A DNA stretch of 64,000 nucleotides from Perkinsus olseni (GCA_013115125.1 JABANN010000110.1:1-64000), one strand, 5' to 3'; positions 11,537-24,100 are shown, counted from the stretch's first letter. Notes: generated by a model not told the origin, from the letters alone. Made by a program: numbers and translations.

Positions 11537-13420
11537 ATGCTCCACTCACAGTCCGATACGGTGCGTGGAGACAAAAATGGCCCTGGCCGAATAGATGAGC
11601 TTTCTGGAAGCATCGGTGAACACGCTGTGGACAGCGGAGGTGATATGGGTGACTCGGAACATTTGATCCCGTGCGACCGCCGTTTAGCGCCCTCGGAGGT
11701 AGCAAAGCACGATAGCCGGGATGACTGTTGGATTATAGTCAACGGCCGCGTCCTGGACGTCACAGGATTCCTTGGTGACCACCCCGGTGGCGAGAAGTCG
11801 ATCCTTAATTTCGCCGGGAGGGATGCCTCACGGATGTTCAACATGATACACTCCCCCGATGTCATTGAGAAGTTCCTACCGGAAGATAAGATACTAGGCC
11901 CTGTTGCTGAAGAGGAGCCTGCCGGTAGCAAAGTTGATGAAGTGGATGTTCACAGTGAGGAGGACCATGAAAAGCGGGAAGACACGTTCGTAGTGCCGCG
12001 ATGCTGTCGGAATTCGGAGTCGGATACTACGACGAGTGTTCATCACGTCGATGAGTCTGAAGGAGGCTCTGCTGTGGACAGGGAGGACGCCGGCGAGGCC
12101 CACACGGAGCCGGCTGAATCCTGGTTGGTGTTAGGCGGGCAAGTTCACGACATGACGTCAGTGCTACCTGATCTGCTGGACGGAACGGATGAGTCCATTC
12201 TTGCCTTTGGTGGAATGCACTTGGCTGAGGGAGCATGTCCATCGAACTCGGACACTGCGGTGCAGCTAGGTGATGGCAGCACGGTGTCTCCGGTGGACTT
12301 TCTCCCAGTCGAGTCTGAAAGCGAGGAGCCTGTTCCTCAGGCTGGCCGGCGTTATATACCTATGACGGAGGTGGCCAAGCATTGTTCTGAGGACGACTGC
12401 TGGATCGTGATCAACGGCGAAGTCCTTGATGTCACGAGCTTCCTGTCGGAGCATCCAGGGGGCAAGAAGCCTATATTAAGTGTGGCTGGAGGGGACGCTT
12501 CGGAGAAGTATAATTTAGTTCACCCCAAAGAGTTCGTCGAGAAATATGTGCCCAACCTCGTCTTGGGGGATCTTTCCCACGATGGGCAAGAGGTCGCTCG
12601 GAGCTCACCTGAGGAGGCCTTGTCATTGGGGTTCTCGGAGGTCGCTCAGCGGTACCTCGTGTCTTTCTACTATCTTGTACTACTATTCGTCAAAGAGGCT
12701 TTGAGGTCCATTTTCACGGTGGAGAACTTTAAAGTATTGTCGGACCGTTCTGGGCTAACCCGGTCGGCTATCTTTCTCATGGCCTTCGTTACGATACATG
12801 CTTTGGGCAATATACACCTCTTCTTCGGCGCTGAGCACTTCAACGGATACGCGCACTTCCTCAACCACCCCGTCCCTGTGATCGACACTTTAGCACGCCC
12901 CATCGAGATCTACTTGCTGCTCGCTGGTCTTATGCATGTTATCGTTGCCGTAGACCGCACCTTCAAGTTCAAGAAAGAGCGGCTATCGTTGAAGGATATG
13001 GAAATGGGAATCACTGGCGCGATCCTCCTGGTTTTCTTGCTGGTGCACCTATTGCAGTTCCGGCTGGCCCCGGACGCGGTTTTCGCCCCGTTTGACTTTC
13101 GGTCACGGTGGTTACCTCCCTTCCACTGCTCTCCAGACAACGCAAGCTGTGAAATGGTTCGCGTCCGAGACCTCTACAAGGGAGTATTTGATTTGTTCAA
13201 AAGCCCGTTCTGGGTACTGTTCTATGCTATTGGAACCGCCGCCTGCTTTCATCACATGCGGGAGGGTCTTCACCGTATTGTTCGATCCAGCGAAGACGTC
13301 CCTTACAAGTACAATCTTACAGTACAGACCTGGGGTTCTGTCATGGCCTGGGTTGTCGGAATATTGTTCCTCTCTTTCCCTCTGTATGCGTATCTCAACA
13401 ACGAGAATAGACTTGTTTGA
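11537..13420 (+). CDS. Cytochrome b5 (2 intact + 1 degenerate) - cytochrome b558 (SdhC-like) membrane protein; paralog of the C-terminal part of 3258-7750
   Basis: Intronless 627-aa ORF; two HPGG b5 domains; TM domain '[24 protein letters not shown]...MHVIVAVDRTFKFK...VHLLQF...FHHMREG' clearly homologous to the fusion protein. Confidence 0.9.
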   Translation: MLHSQSDTVRGDKNGPGRIDELSGSIGEHAVDSGGDMGDSEHLIPCDRRLAPSEVAKHDSRDDCWIIVNGRVLDVTGFLGDHPGGEKSILNFAGRDASRMFNMIHSPDVIEKFLPEDKILGPVAEEEPAGSKVDEVDVHSEEDHEKREDTFVVPRCCRNSESDTTTSVHHVDESEGGSAVDREDAGEAHTEPAESWLVLGGQVHDMTSVLPDLLDGTDESILAFGGMHLAEGACPSNSDTAVQLGDGSTVSPVDFLPVESESEEPVPQAGRRYIPMTEVAKHCSEDDCWIVINGEVLDVTSFLSEHPGGKKPILSVAGGDASEKYNLVHPKEFVEKYVPNLVLGDLSHDGQEVARSSPEEALSLGFSEVAQRYLVSFYYLVLLFVKEALRSIFTVENFKVLSDRSGLTRSAIFLMAFVTIHALGNIHLFFGAEHFNGYAHFLNHPVPVIDTLARPIEIYLLLAGLMHVIVAVDRTFKFKKERLSLKDMEMGITGAILLVFLLVHLLQFRLAPDAVFAPFDFRSRWLPPFHCSPDNASCEMVRVRDLYKGVFDLFKSPFWVLFYAIGTAACFHHMREGLHRIVRSSEDVPYKYNLTVQTWGSVMAWVVGILFLSFPLYAYLNNENRLV

Positions 13421-13774
13421 TCTGTAGAATTAGCTACTACCGCGATTACCGTAAGATTTGTTATTATCCTGTAATAAAAGCACGATGAGTTTCCAGCCTT
13501 TCATTGTACCATTGAATAATGCTGCTGGTTTTGTACACTCGACGGGAGCGACTCGCTCGCCGGCTGAATATCTTCTGCTGTCTTTGTTGACTCTGTTGGG
13601 TTGAGTCCCCTACCCCGTGAGCAACGAACCGCGACTCACGATCTCACCAGTGGTCGCAGCGATTGACCACAATGCCTTTAATGGGATGGTGCTTGGCCAC
13701 GACCGCGGCCGATGTACTGTATAGAGCACATGTCTCCATCCCGCGTCGCTATGAGCTATGATACTCAGCGCTTC

Positions 13775-16700
13775 ATGATTAAGAAGTTGCCTTTTTTCCG
13801 CAGTTGGCTCAGTCCCGCGAGGGTGCTGGGCTTACATCACATGTCCACCGCTGCTCATTTCCCCTCTCTTGCTGCTCCTGAAGCGGCTCGATCATCATTA
13901 GTGCCTCCCAAGGAGCACCCGATGCTCTCCGTCGAGGAATGCAAGGAGAAAATCCGTCAAGTGCTGCTGGATTATCAGGCGACCTTCCGAGCGCGGAAGT
14001 CTACTTTAGAACCTGAGCAACTACCAGTGCCTGATGTACTGGGGCGAGTCCTGGCTGCCGATGTTCACGCCAAAGACCCCTTCCCCCAGTGGCCGACTTC
14101 CATCATGGACGGCTTCTTGGTATGGCCGGTCACGGAGTCGCACTCAAGCGTCAAGAGCAGAAAGTAGTACTTCGGGAGGGTCTAACGAGAAACTCAGAAA
14201 GCTGTATCGAACTGCATGCCCGTACTCGAGGCGCTCCGTGGCTTAGTGACAGCATTGATATGGGAATGGAGCAACTTCAGTACGGTCTCCCATCGACGAG
14301 GAGAGTCACAGTGTAGTGGCATCGAAATTCTCGCCATATATTCAAGAACCCTCCATCATCGGAGTATGGCGTTCGATCAGCGTTCTTGTCTTTTCAGCGG
14401 AATCCTCTATAGAGAGCTGCGAGTGGTCTCCAACGTCACAGCTGGCCACGGTCTAGCCTCTGTGAGTGAGCACGACAAGGCGGCGTATGTAACCACCGGG
14501 ACGCTGGTTGCAACCACGGATCTCGCGGTCGTTAAGATCGAGGACTGCGAAATATCCGGTGACATTGTACGGGTTCCGGTCGTCGGCGTGGTGGCCGGGC
14601 TGAACCTTCGCTCGGTTGGCTCTGATATTGAGAAGGGGGAATGCATAGCGTCAAGCGGTGCGAAACTCACGCCGGCCTTACTCGCCTTGCTCAAAGGCAT
14701 ATCTGCAGTAGTCGATGTAATGCCCGTAGTCAAGGTGGCTGTTGTCTCCAGCGGAGATGAACTCATCAATGAGGAGGCGGCCGACACCAATGGCCCCATG
14801 CTCCATGCCCTCCTAGTTGAGCGTTTTGGCACAGCCGTGGAGATTCATCGTGTGCCCCCGCTGGTGGATGACTATGATCAGACAAGGCAGGCGCTTTTGG
14901 ATCTGGCTGCCTCGACCGACATCGTTATCACTACAGGAGCAGTGAGCAAAGGCTCGAAGGACTTCATCAAGAGAGCTCTTGAGGAGGAAGGGGAGGTGCT
15001 CTTCGGTGAAGTGTGCTTGAAGCCAGGGAAGCCCACCACCTTCGCGACCGTACACGGAACTCCGTTCTTCGCGCTTCCCGGTAACCCTGCGAGTGCCTAC
15101 GTCACCTTCTTCGTGTTTGTCGAGCCGTTCTTGAAGGCCCTGTTGCACAACCACGAGATGCGTGGGCCTGAGGAGGTTCATGTGACTCTTGCGGAGGATA
15201 TGCGGCAGACAGATCCCGTGCGCCCCGAGTTTGTGAGGGCCATCGTGGCTGCCACTCTGGATGGTCGCCTGGTAGCGAGGGGTGTCACTGGTGGCTGCTA
15301 CCAACGCAGTAGTAGGCTGCTCAGCTGTGTGGGTGTGAATGCCTTAGTAAGGCTGCCTGCTGGGGCGGGGACGGTCCCGAAGGGGGCCCGAATGCCGTGT
15401 CTCTTGACCGATCGCGTAGAGCCAATCGGAGAGGGCGATGATATTATTATGGATGACGTTGAAGCCGAGGCTCTCGTTTTCCGAAGACTAGTAGCCTGGC
15501 TGCAAGAGAGAACTGATGTGCAGAATATTGACCTGATGAACCTCGCTGGATTCTGCCGTAACTGCCTATCAAAGTGGTACGCTGAGGGTCGAGGAGTCGA
15601 GCTGGATGCGGCCAAGGAGCGCGTTTATGGTAGTGCTGGGTAGCAGCCGGATAGTTTTCTCGAAGAGCTCTGCGTCATGGTCATCATGTATTGAATCCAA
15701 ATTGTTCTTTATACAATTATGAGGCTCCCTGGGAATTGGAGCCTGCTGCTACAAAGTTAACACGCAATCTAATGCAACGTGTTCCTACTTTTCACTGTAC
15801 CGTTCATCCGCCCCGGCGAACCAACTGGTCACTCGTCTAATCGCCTGCTTACTTCGTGTGAGCAGCGGCTATCTTCAGACTAGTGAAGTATCCGCAGAGC
15901 TCGCTTGTAGAGCTTCCCGGGTACATATTACTAATAATCATCCGGTTGAGCCTTACGTTCAACTTATATAATAATAGTTGAGCGCTTATTATCCGGTCGA
16001 CACGCGCTACAAAGACTTCCTGACAAGGGAAAGCTTCTGTATACTCATCGCAACCGATCGGTCGCCTCTGTAGCCGAAGTCTTGGATGGGAATGCCAACT
16101 CAGTCGCTGTTCTGCAGGTATGCCCTATAACGAGTGGAAGGCTCGCTACCAGACGCCCGCCAGTGAGGAGGCTAAGACTAGGTTCGCTGAAGTTCACACT
16201 GCCAAGGCGAGGACGGCGTGCGGGCATTCAACAGGTATCATCAGTTGGGGTTCGGACTGGTTCTTAAACCTAGCTTCGACGTTATTGTTGTTGTGCTACT
16301 CTCCATGGTCGCCCTCTGCTTTTATGGTGAACGCTCTGTGTTGTGAACTGTTGCTCTCTCTGTAGTCGTCATAACCTTCCAGCCATTCTCGAAGCGGGGC
16401 TGTGGTATCAGTTCTTCTTCTCTCAGGCCCCTCTATCCATCACCACACCTCCCCTCCTAGCGCTTCCACGGCAATCACTCTGGGTGTTGTGACGTGCAGC
16501 GACCGAGCATCTCAGGGAGTGTATAACGATGAGGCTGGACCATTGGTGGCGAGGTTATGCGGAAAACCAGACGCTTCGGTGAGAGGGCATCCTCCACCCA
16601 ATCATTCGTCGGGCTCGAAGTCGAACAACTGCTAGTCTACAATCATCTTGCATCGTGCAGCGTCCTCCAATAGATCTAGACTCGCTACCCACCCCATGCG

Positions 16701-17196
16701 GGCGATAAGATGCTGCATGGCGCTGAGCAGAACTCAATTTCAGAACGGCTTCACTCATCAGCGAGACATTCTCTCAGGTAGTCGTCGTCCCGGACGACGT
16801 ATCATCGATCCAGAAGGCTGTAGTGGACCTCCGCGATCGCCACGGGTGTAGGTTGGTCATCACCACTGGTGGTACAGGCTTCTCGAAGAGGGATGTCACG
16901 CCGGAGGCTGTACTGCCGATGTTGGAGAAGAGGGCCACGGGGATCGAGCATATGCTGCTGCGCTACGGCCAAGGTAATTTCGTGGCGCGCGACGGAGCAC
17001 ATGGTCTTCTGCAGAGCGGTCGAAGAGCGGCCTCTTCACCTACCTGTCCCGTCCAGTTGCTGGTGTGCTTGAGGGAAGCCCGGCCTGTGTTGTCGTCACT
17101 CTGCCGGGCAGCCCGCGGGCTGTGGAGGAGATTCTCGGCTGTGAACAGATCGTCAGCGTCCTGTTCGAAGCTGCGCGAATTGCATCCGAGACATGA
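13775..17196 (+). CDS. Molybdenum cofactor biosynthesis protein (CNX1/gephyrin-like): MoeA(E) - DUF1244 - MogA(G) fusion
   Basis: MoeA motifs 'LGRVLAADV...SIMDG', 'SSGDEL', 'KPGKP', 'LPGNPAS', 'QRSSRLLS'. DUF1244-like 'FRRLVAWLQERTDVQNIDLMNLAGFCRNCLSKWY...YGMPYNEWK'. MogA motifs 'TCSDRA', 'VVPDD', 'TTGGTGFSKRDVTPEA', 'LSRPVAG', 'TLPGSPRAV'. The start could be 13712-13841. Confidence 0.88.
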
Positions 17197-17466
17197 TTTT
17201 TTAACTGCGACGTTTGTGAACTACCAGTTTGTTTCCAGTCGTTCCTTGCCCATTGCGTTCGAGTGGGAGTAGCTTGAGAGTCCAAGGCTGACTGAGCAAC
17301 ACTAGAGCGGTGAGGCCGAGCATTTGCGAGTGAGACTATCATGCAGAAGGTACCCTTCCTGAGAAGTTTTGAATGAGGGACCATTTAAACGCCCTACCGG
17401 TGCGACGGACTGAAGGCGTGGAATTCTGGACGCTCTGGATTTTAGGACTGTTTCTCCTCTTCCCCG

Positions 17467-20400
17467 ATGTCCTCGTCCTCGGGCGTTGTCGAAGCCGTGG
17501 AGTCCTGGCCGGTGTATCTTGTATGGTTCATCCATCACAACTCTTACTACAATCTCCGCTTCCACGAGTTGGAGGCTCTAGCGGATCTCTGTGGGAACGT
17601 CAGCAAAGAGAGCCTGTATGCCGTGGAGGAGGATATGAAGGTAATATGCCGTCCAAGTGGTGCTGGGCACAGTACCGTACGACCCTCTGGCTGCCGCGGT
17701 ATGAGAAGAATCGATGTGGCGGGGAAATGTCGTCTCCCCATTTCCGTTACAAGCTAATCAGAACCGTGACAGAACGCTGGCGCTCTGGAGGGTGGTCCGC
17801 ACGTCTTTGCAGTGCCAGCTCGGCTTCGGGAGAGTCTCGCTATTCCCCATAGCACTACAGCGGCGCGCCAGCTGTGTTGCGTACGCCGGGCGTACTACGC
17901 CCGACCAGAGCCCCACGTGGCCTCTGATGTGTCCATTGCTCTTGTCCTGGCGATGACGCTGATGGCAATCGTACGGTATGATTGTCACCGGCGCCATCGA
18001 CATCGTCACTGGGTGTCGCACGATCGACACGGGAAAATATGAAATTCGTCTTTGGCCGGCCATTCTCTAAGTTGCAAGCCCGTATGTCTTTGCTTGTTGC
18101 CAGGCGACCCCAACTCATCCTCCGACAGCCCTTGTGGAGTCCCCCTGGGTCTACGTCAGGCTTCCAAACGATGAGGTTGCCGAGGCTATCGCGGAGAGGG
18201 CAGTGCTTGTGAAGGTGGGATGTGACACGTTTCTCCCTCCTTGCCTTAGGAATAAGGCTGCTCCTATTACCCCGTGCATCGGTGCGCCTCGTCTTTGGCT
18301 TGTGTCGGCCGTGAGAATTTTCGGGCGGGAGTCGAAATCGTGATACCAGTGCGGAATGCTCCCGGCCCTCCTCACTAACGTGATGACCGTCTCGCAATGC
18401 CGCATTCTGAAGCGACTCTGCCGGAGTGCCAGCAGTGGATGCCTGTAATCTGCCACGCATTTTCTTAGGCCATCCTATCAGTGTGGGGCACTGGGAAGAC
18501 AATCCCGGAGACCATCGAGGACGTGAATAAGCACATGCCTCGAGAGAAGCGCCGGCAGATCATCACTGATGAGCTGTCCTTCAAGTACAAGCTATTCGCG
18601 TTCGGGCGGAAATTCACCAGCCGAGAACGCCAGGAGCTGATGGACTCCTTTGGCTGCCTGTGGGATGGAGATGAGAAGGTTGATATTGAAAATGCTAAAA
18701 CTGTAGTAACGGGGGTCCGCCCTTAGACGCGACCAGGATCGATTCTTCTTCATTACGGGCTCCTGTCACGTGCACCAATCGGTGGCCGTCACCGTCCCTG
18801 ATGAACGCCTCTACGTCTCAGGTATTATGGCTCATATCAGAGTACGAGCACACATCGGGACCCGGAGGGGCCGGCAACAAGAAGGCCAGCAAGGTCAAGA
18901 GGCACTTCTGTGCTCGAGAAGTAGGCCCGGTCGGCGGCTCCTCTGTCAATGCCTTTTGTGGACACCTCGGACGTCCAAGCTCCATGAAGAGTAGCGCGTC
19001 GGATTTGTCGGGTTCGCGGAGCCGAAGGCCCTAGCAGTCCACCATCGTTGGGTGTAGAGCGCCGAAATCAGTTGACAGTGGCTCTGTTTTCTGGGGATAC
19101 GTTCTGAGCTTCGAGAAGCATACGAGTAATGAGTGGGCGCGCCCAGAGAATGCGAAGGATTCAAATTTTCGTTGGTACAATGGAAAGTTTATCTTAGGTA
19201 GCCGCGGGTCGGTACGAAGACAAGCAGGAACCCTACTTCGCCCGATATGAGCTCACCTGCAGACCCGTGCTGGGTCCAACGAGTTTGGACAATGAGCTTG
19301 CCTTCATCATGGCCAACCTAGCCAAGATAGAGAGGGGAAAGATTGTGTGAGTACTCGGCTTGCGCCCGATAGGCATCCAGACTTTCCTTTCTGAATGCCG
19401 CCACCGCAATCTGGTCATTTGTCTCGACGCATTGCCGCTCCGTGAAGTCGAGCTGTGCGGTAGGTACGACTGCTTCGTTGGTACTGGCGGGCTGGCTCTC
19501 ACTGCATCTCATTTCGGAGCCTTCGTCATGGGCTCCGATATCGATATCCGAGTCCTGAGGGTAGGTAGTCTCTCTTTTCCTTCGCCGGGTTGTCATGAAA
19601 TTTTCTTTGTGACCAGCTTTTTCTAGTCGGGCATTTATCCGCAGTGGTTGGCCCGAACGGCTCTGGTTGGAGGAGGGTCGCCTCTCCACGCCACTCATCC
19701 CGCCATGAGTCCCTATGCGTACTATCTTGTAGGGGCATCGCGTAGCGTACGCTAATGAGGGGAAGTCACCGCTGCTGGATGCAGTACCAGGAGACAGCGG
19801 CCCGAAGGACATCTCGATATTCCGCAACTTCCTCTGTTATGGCCTCGCTCGCCCGGAGATAATCCACGCTGACATGGCGGCGCCGTTCTGGCGGAAGGAT
19901 GCCAAGGCTGGTGAGTGATGACCTCTCCTCACGCTGCATGCTGCTCGTGAAGGCGGCAGCCTCGCAGGGGCCGAGCAGATCATTCTTGAATCTTAGATGG
20001 TTTTGTTGACGTCATTCTCACCGATCCTCCCTACGGCATTCGGGCGGGTACGAAGCGGGTGGGCGCCAAGACAGAACACGTGGTAGGAGCACCCCACGGG
20101 CCTGCGTTCTCTAGCGTCCGAAATCGCCCTCCAGATAGCTGACCGCACGACCTACGTACCCCAGAAGGTGCGATACGAGACGAACGAAGTGATGGATGAT
20201 CTGCTGCAGAGGGCGGTGGACATCCTTGTTGACAACGGGATGCTAGTGTGAGCTGTCGAACACTCGCGGCTGAGTAAAGAGAACGATCCGTTCTCAGGTA
20301 CCTTCTGCCGATTGAGTTGTCGCAACTGTTTACTCCTGAGGAGTTAGACGTGATGGAGAAGAGCCAGGAGATGGCTGGTGATAACCCCGCGGAGAAAACG

Positions 20401-20848
20401 AGGAAAAGAAAGAGGAAGCAGGAGGCGGCTGCTCGAGGGAAAGTTGCGGCCTCGACCAGAGTGATCTTGCGGGATGAAACTGTTATGATGTCGAGTAAGC
20501 CTGGTGGTGAAAGCTGAGAGGTGACGCCGAATCCTGGGGTTTGGTGGCAGGAGCTGGCCAGGGCCCCAAGGGGGAGGCATCGTCAGAGGCCGACGCGCAA
20601 TGTGTACAGTATCGCGACGTCTATGCTCCAGAAACCGCCCGAGATTTACCCTTCCTTACCGAGAGCAACTACTTGCGGCTCTTGCCGCCGTGCCCGAAGG
20701 AGCTTGAGGTTGTCAGTGTCAGCCTTCAGATCTTGAGTGCCGGTCTAGGAAGGTGAGATTCCCAAGCGCAGCCGATGCTCTATGCGGTTATTATTGGTCC
20801 TTGTGGTTTCTTAGGCTGGTTGTTTCGATGCGAAGACTTCCGCGTTAA
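17467..20848 (+). CDS. TRM11: tRNA (guanine-10-N2)-methyltransferase (multi-exon)
   Basis: Exons give 'LRFHELEALA', 'RPVLGPTSLDNELAFIMANLA', 'YDCFVGTGGL', 'GSDIDIRVL', 'DVILTDPPYGIRAG'. Confidence 0.9.
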
Positions 20849-21155
20849 CGGTGAAAGTTATATTACCAGCAATCCTATTCCTTCACGTTGACTGTATCGT
20901 ACTGCGGTCTTGTGTTGTATTTTGCGTGGGCGGAGATGATAAGGGAGGTGCTACACCGTACGCGAATGAGGTAGAGGGCAGTGCAGAGCATTGCGCAGCC
21001 TTGTAGGAAAGCGAAGCATCAAGAAGCATTAGCTCATCACGTAGTGTTCTGCCCTAAGTAACTGATAACGAAACTCACAGCACACCAACAGAAGAGACGC
21101 CGTTTAACGTCATGCCAGCTGGGCCGATTGTACGATGCAGGAACAACAGCTTCTA

Positions 21156-24100
21156 TCAGCCCGAGGGCGCCCATTTCCGTAACTTCTCCTGTCGGTGTCG
21201 CTCTTGTAGTGAAGCAAGTCTGTTTTCAGCGCGATGAATCTGAGCTCACTTCCTAGCCTATCCAGTCGTCGCCTCTCTTACCTGCTCCCTGAGAGAGTTT
21301 TTCGCATCCGCGAGCTCTCCGACTTCTCTGATGTCGGCAAGCACGGACTGGACGCTCACGCATTCCGATTTCACGTTCAACAGTTCTTGCGTACGATACG
21401 CGAGCGTACCTAGTCGAGGCGCTCCGTCCGAGCCAGCCATTCAAACCAGCACTGCGCAACCCCGGCAACGGTTCTCTGGCGTTCGGCGGGATGCGGCGAG
21501 TGCTCACTTGTGAGCTTAGCTAATAGTCTCTCTTTCGTGTTGATCTGCTCGGCAAGGAGAGCGTCAGCAGCCTGCTGGGCCTTCCTTTTCTCGACGAGCT
21601 TCTCTTCGATCTTCATCAGGATGAATCTTCGGGATTACAACACTCGGAGGAGTTGGCCTCATCAAAAAGTTCTATCACCCGAAAAGATAGAGACACGCCA
21701 TCAGCGTGGCGGCGACTGAGAATTTTTAACGAGGTGCCAACTGTTTGAAGTTACTGTTGATGAGAAGTAGCTCTACGTCGCTCTCCGAAGTCAATGATGA
21801 AGTCGCTCCATCGGAGTGTATATGATAGGCAGAGAGCCGATCGGAACTCAGTCAATGAGTGTGAACGGATGAGGAACGCTGGCCGGCACTGGGCGTTCTC
21901 GATTGGTCGCGGGACCCCTACTCGAGTTTGTTGGACTCGAAGCGTATCCTCGAGAGGCCTTCGACCTCCGATAGCCAGCTACGTTCGATCAGCAGGACCA
22001 TGCACTCCTCTGCGAAGGCCTATACATCACCACCAAAACAATCACGCTCTCCCCCTCGCTGCATACCTTATCCTTGGCGCATCTCTCCAGCTGGTGTGCT
22101 GCTTCGTCAGCTGCCCACGACTTCCTCATCTTCTCGTGCTCTCGGAGTAGGCGAGTCATTGCCCCATCCGAGACTTCCTTGTCGTGCAGCAGCCAACTGA
22201 TGAGTTCAATCTGCCGTAGGACGCTCCTACTCCCACCCTCCTGATACAGGCGCTCTCCTACTTGTGTGGCCTCGTTATCATGGCAGAGCGCCTCTTCGGC
22301 TTCATCAAGCCGGCCCTTGAGGATCGCCAAAGACCTCTCCGCGCCTCGTAGCAGGCGGCGGTGTTCCTGCTCTTCTTCCCTGATACAGGGGATCCGATTC
22401 TTCAACAGTCATTGTAGTGGTGGTGGTAGTTTTAACGTCCGACGCCAGAAGTTTAGTCAGACGAGATAGGATCAAGGCGGCAGAAGCGCCAGCCTTGTAC
22501 AGTGACTTTAGCTGTTTGCAGTGGTGATCGAACGATCTCGCCTATGATAAACCGTCCAACCATCGAATCATATGACTTCGAAAACGATCTCGAAGAAGTC
22601 TAGCCTCTTTCACGACGGTTCCGGACGAGAGAGGTGATCAATCGAGACTTGAGGCAGTCATACCAGGAGCTGCAGTGCGTTTCGGTTCGCTCATGCTCAA
22701 GCCTTGCCTTGACGACGTCCATGTGCTGAGGGTGAGATTTATGCGATACCATTCAGGCAAAACGGAGCGGAGCCCTAGAAGCTACTTCTCGGTCGAGGGT
22801 GATCAGATGTCGCAAGCAGTCCGCAGCCTCGAGTCGCCTGAGAATATCGAATGATGGCAGGGGGGTGGCCCGCAAGACAATCCGGTAGCGACACAAATCC
22901 TGTCTACTTTCGTTCTCGCATCGCCGATATCACTTCGTAGGCGCAGTGCAAGCGGTTGCCTTCTGCCTTTGGGAGGAACACCTTGGACTTCACGATCTCA
23001 GCAATGGCGCTACGACTCGGGTACACCACCTGGCACGGCGAACCGACCGTACACGACACAGCAGCTCTAGTTACCTCGATCGTCGAAGATGGGTCGTCAT
23101 GATCCGGGCTAGTCCCATCGTGGGTTGAGGTGTCGGGCTGAAGGGTCGGGGGCCTCAGTCGCGTACCTGCCACGTGAAGCCAACACTGCTTGTCTGATGT
23201 TTTGACACTCGAGACAGAAGGCAGCAGAGTTGATCCAATGACCTCACTCTTTGCGTCGCGCAGTAATCGCTGAAGATAACCCGTGCCCTGAGACCAAGCG
23301 CTGATTATCCGGGCAGCGCAGGCGTCGTTGAACATGAGTAGCAGTGTATCTGCCGAGTGTGTCTCGAGGGCCAGGGACGCTCTTGCCGATGAATCGGCGA
23401 GCTCGCGACCGCTTGGAAGTCAACACATAGGAAGTTACCCACCTGATGCGGAGCTCACACACATCCTCAAACCGCATGATAGAAGGGTAACCATGAGCCC
23501 CTTATCGCTTATCATTTGACGAAAGCCCAGCCTGACCGCAGTGGGCTCTATGTGAGCAGCGCCAACCATTATGTGCCGGCTAGAGACGAGGGATTGGCTA
23601 ATACTGGATGAGGCAGATTTCGGACGATAATCAACGCCAATAATGCATCATCAGCAGCATGCCCGTTTTCGCTTCGTAAACAATGTTGCAGCGTTAGTGA
23701 CACCGACTCGACGTTAGGATAGATTCAGTCAGGGGAACACAAACACGATGTCCTGGGATAACTCAATCTCGGCACCTCACCCGCGGAGTTCAATGCAGGA
23801 GGATTTCTCCTTGACAGCAGAGGCGCAGTCCTTGAGTGAGTATCTGACCAAAGATTCGCCATAGTCCAACATGAAGAGTCTCCATCAGCAGGGATTCACC
23901 TTCTGAGCTCTCCGACGCCGAGGGGCTGTTCTGCTCTCCCCGCCAGGATACTGCTTGCTTCCTCAATAATATACTCACATGCATGATCATACCAAATATT
24001 GACCAGCGAGAAAAGCTGCCAAAGGCCACACGTACTGCATAGAGGAGCCTGAAACGAAGTGCTGTCACAGGACTCCTGTGACAGGACCCGAAATGGCAAT

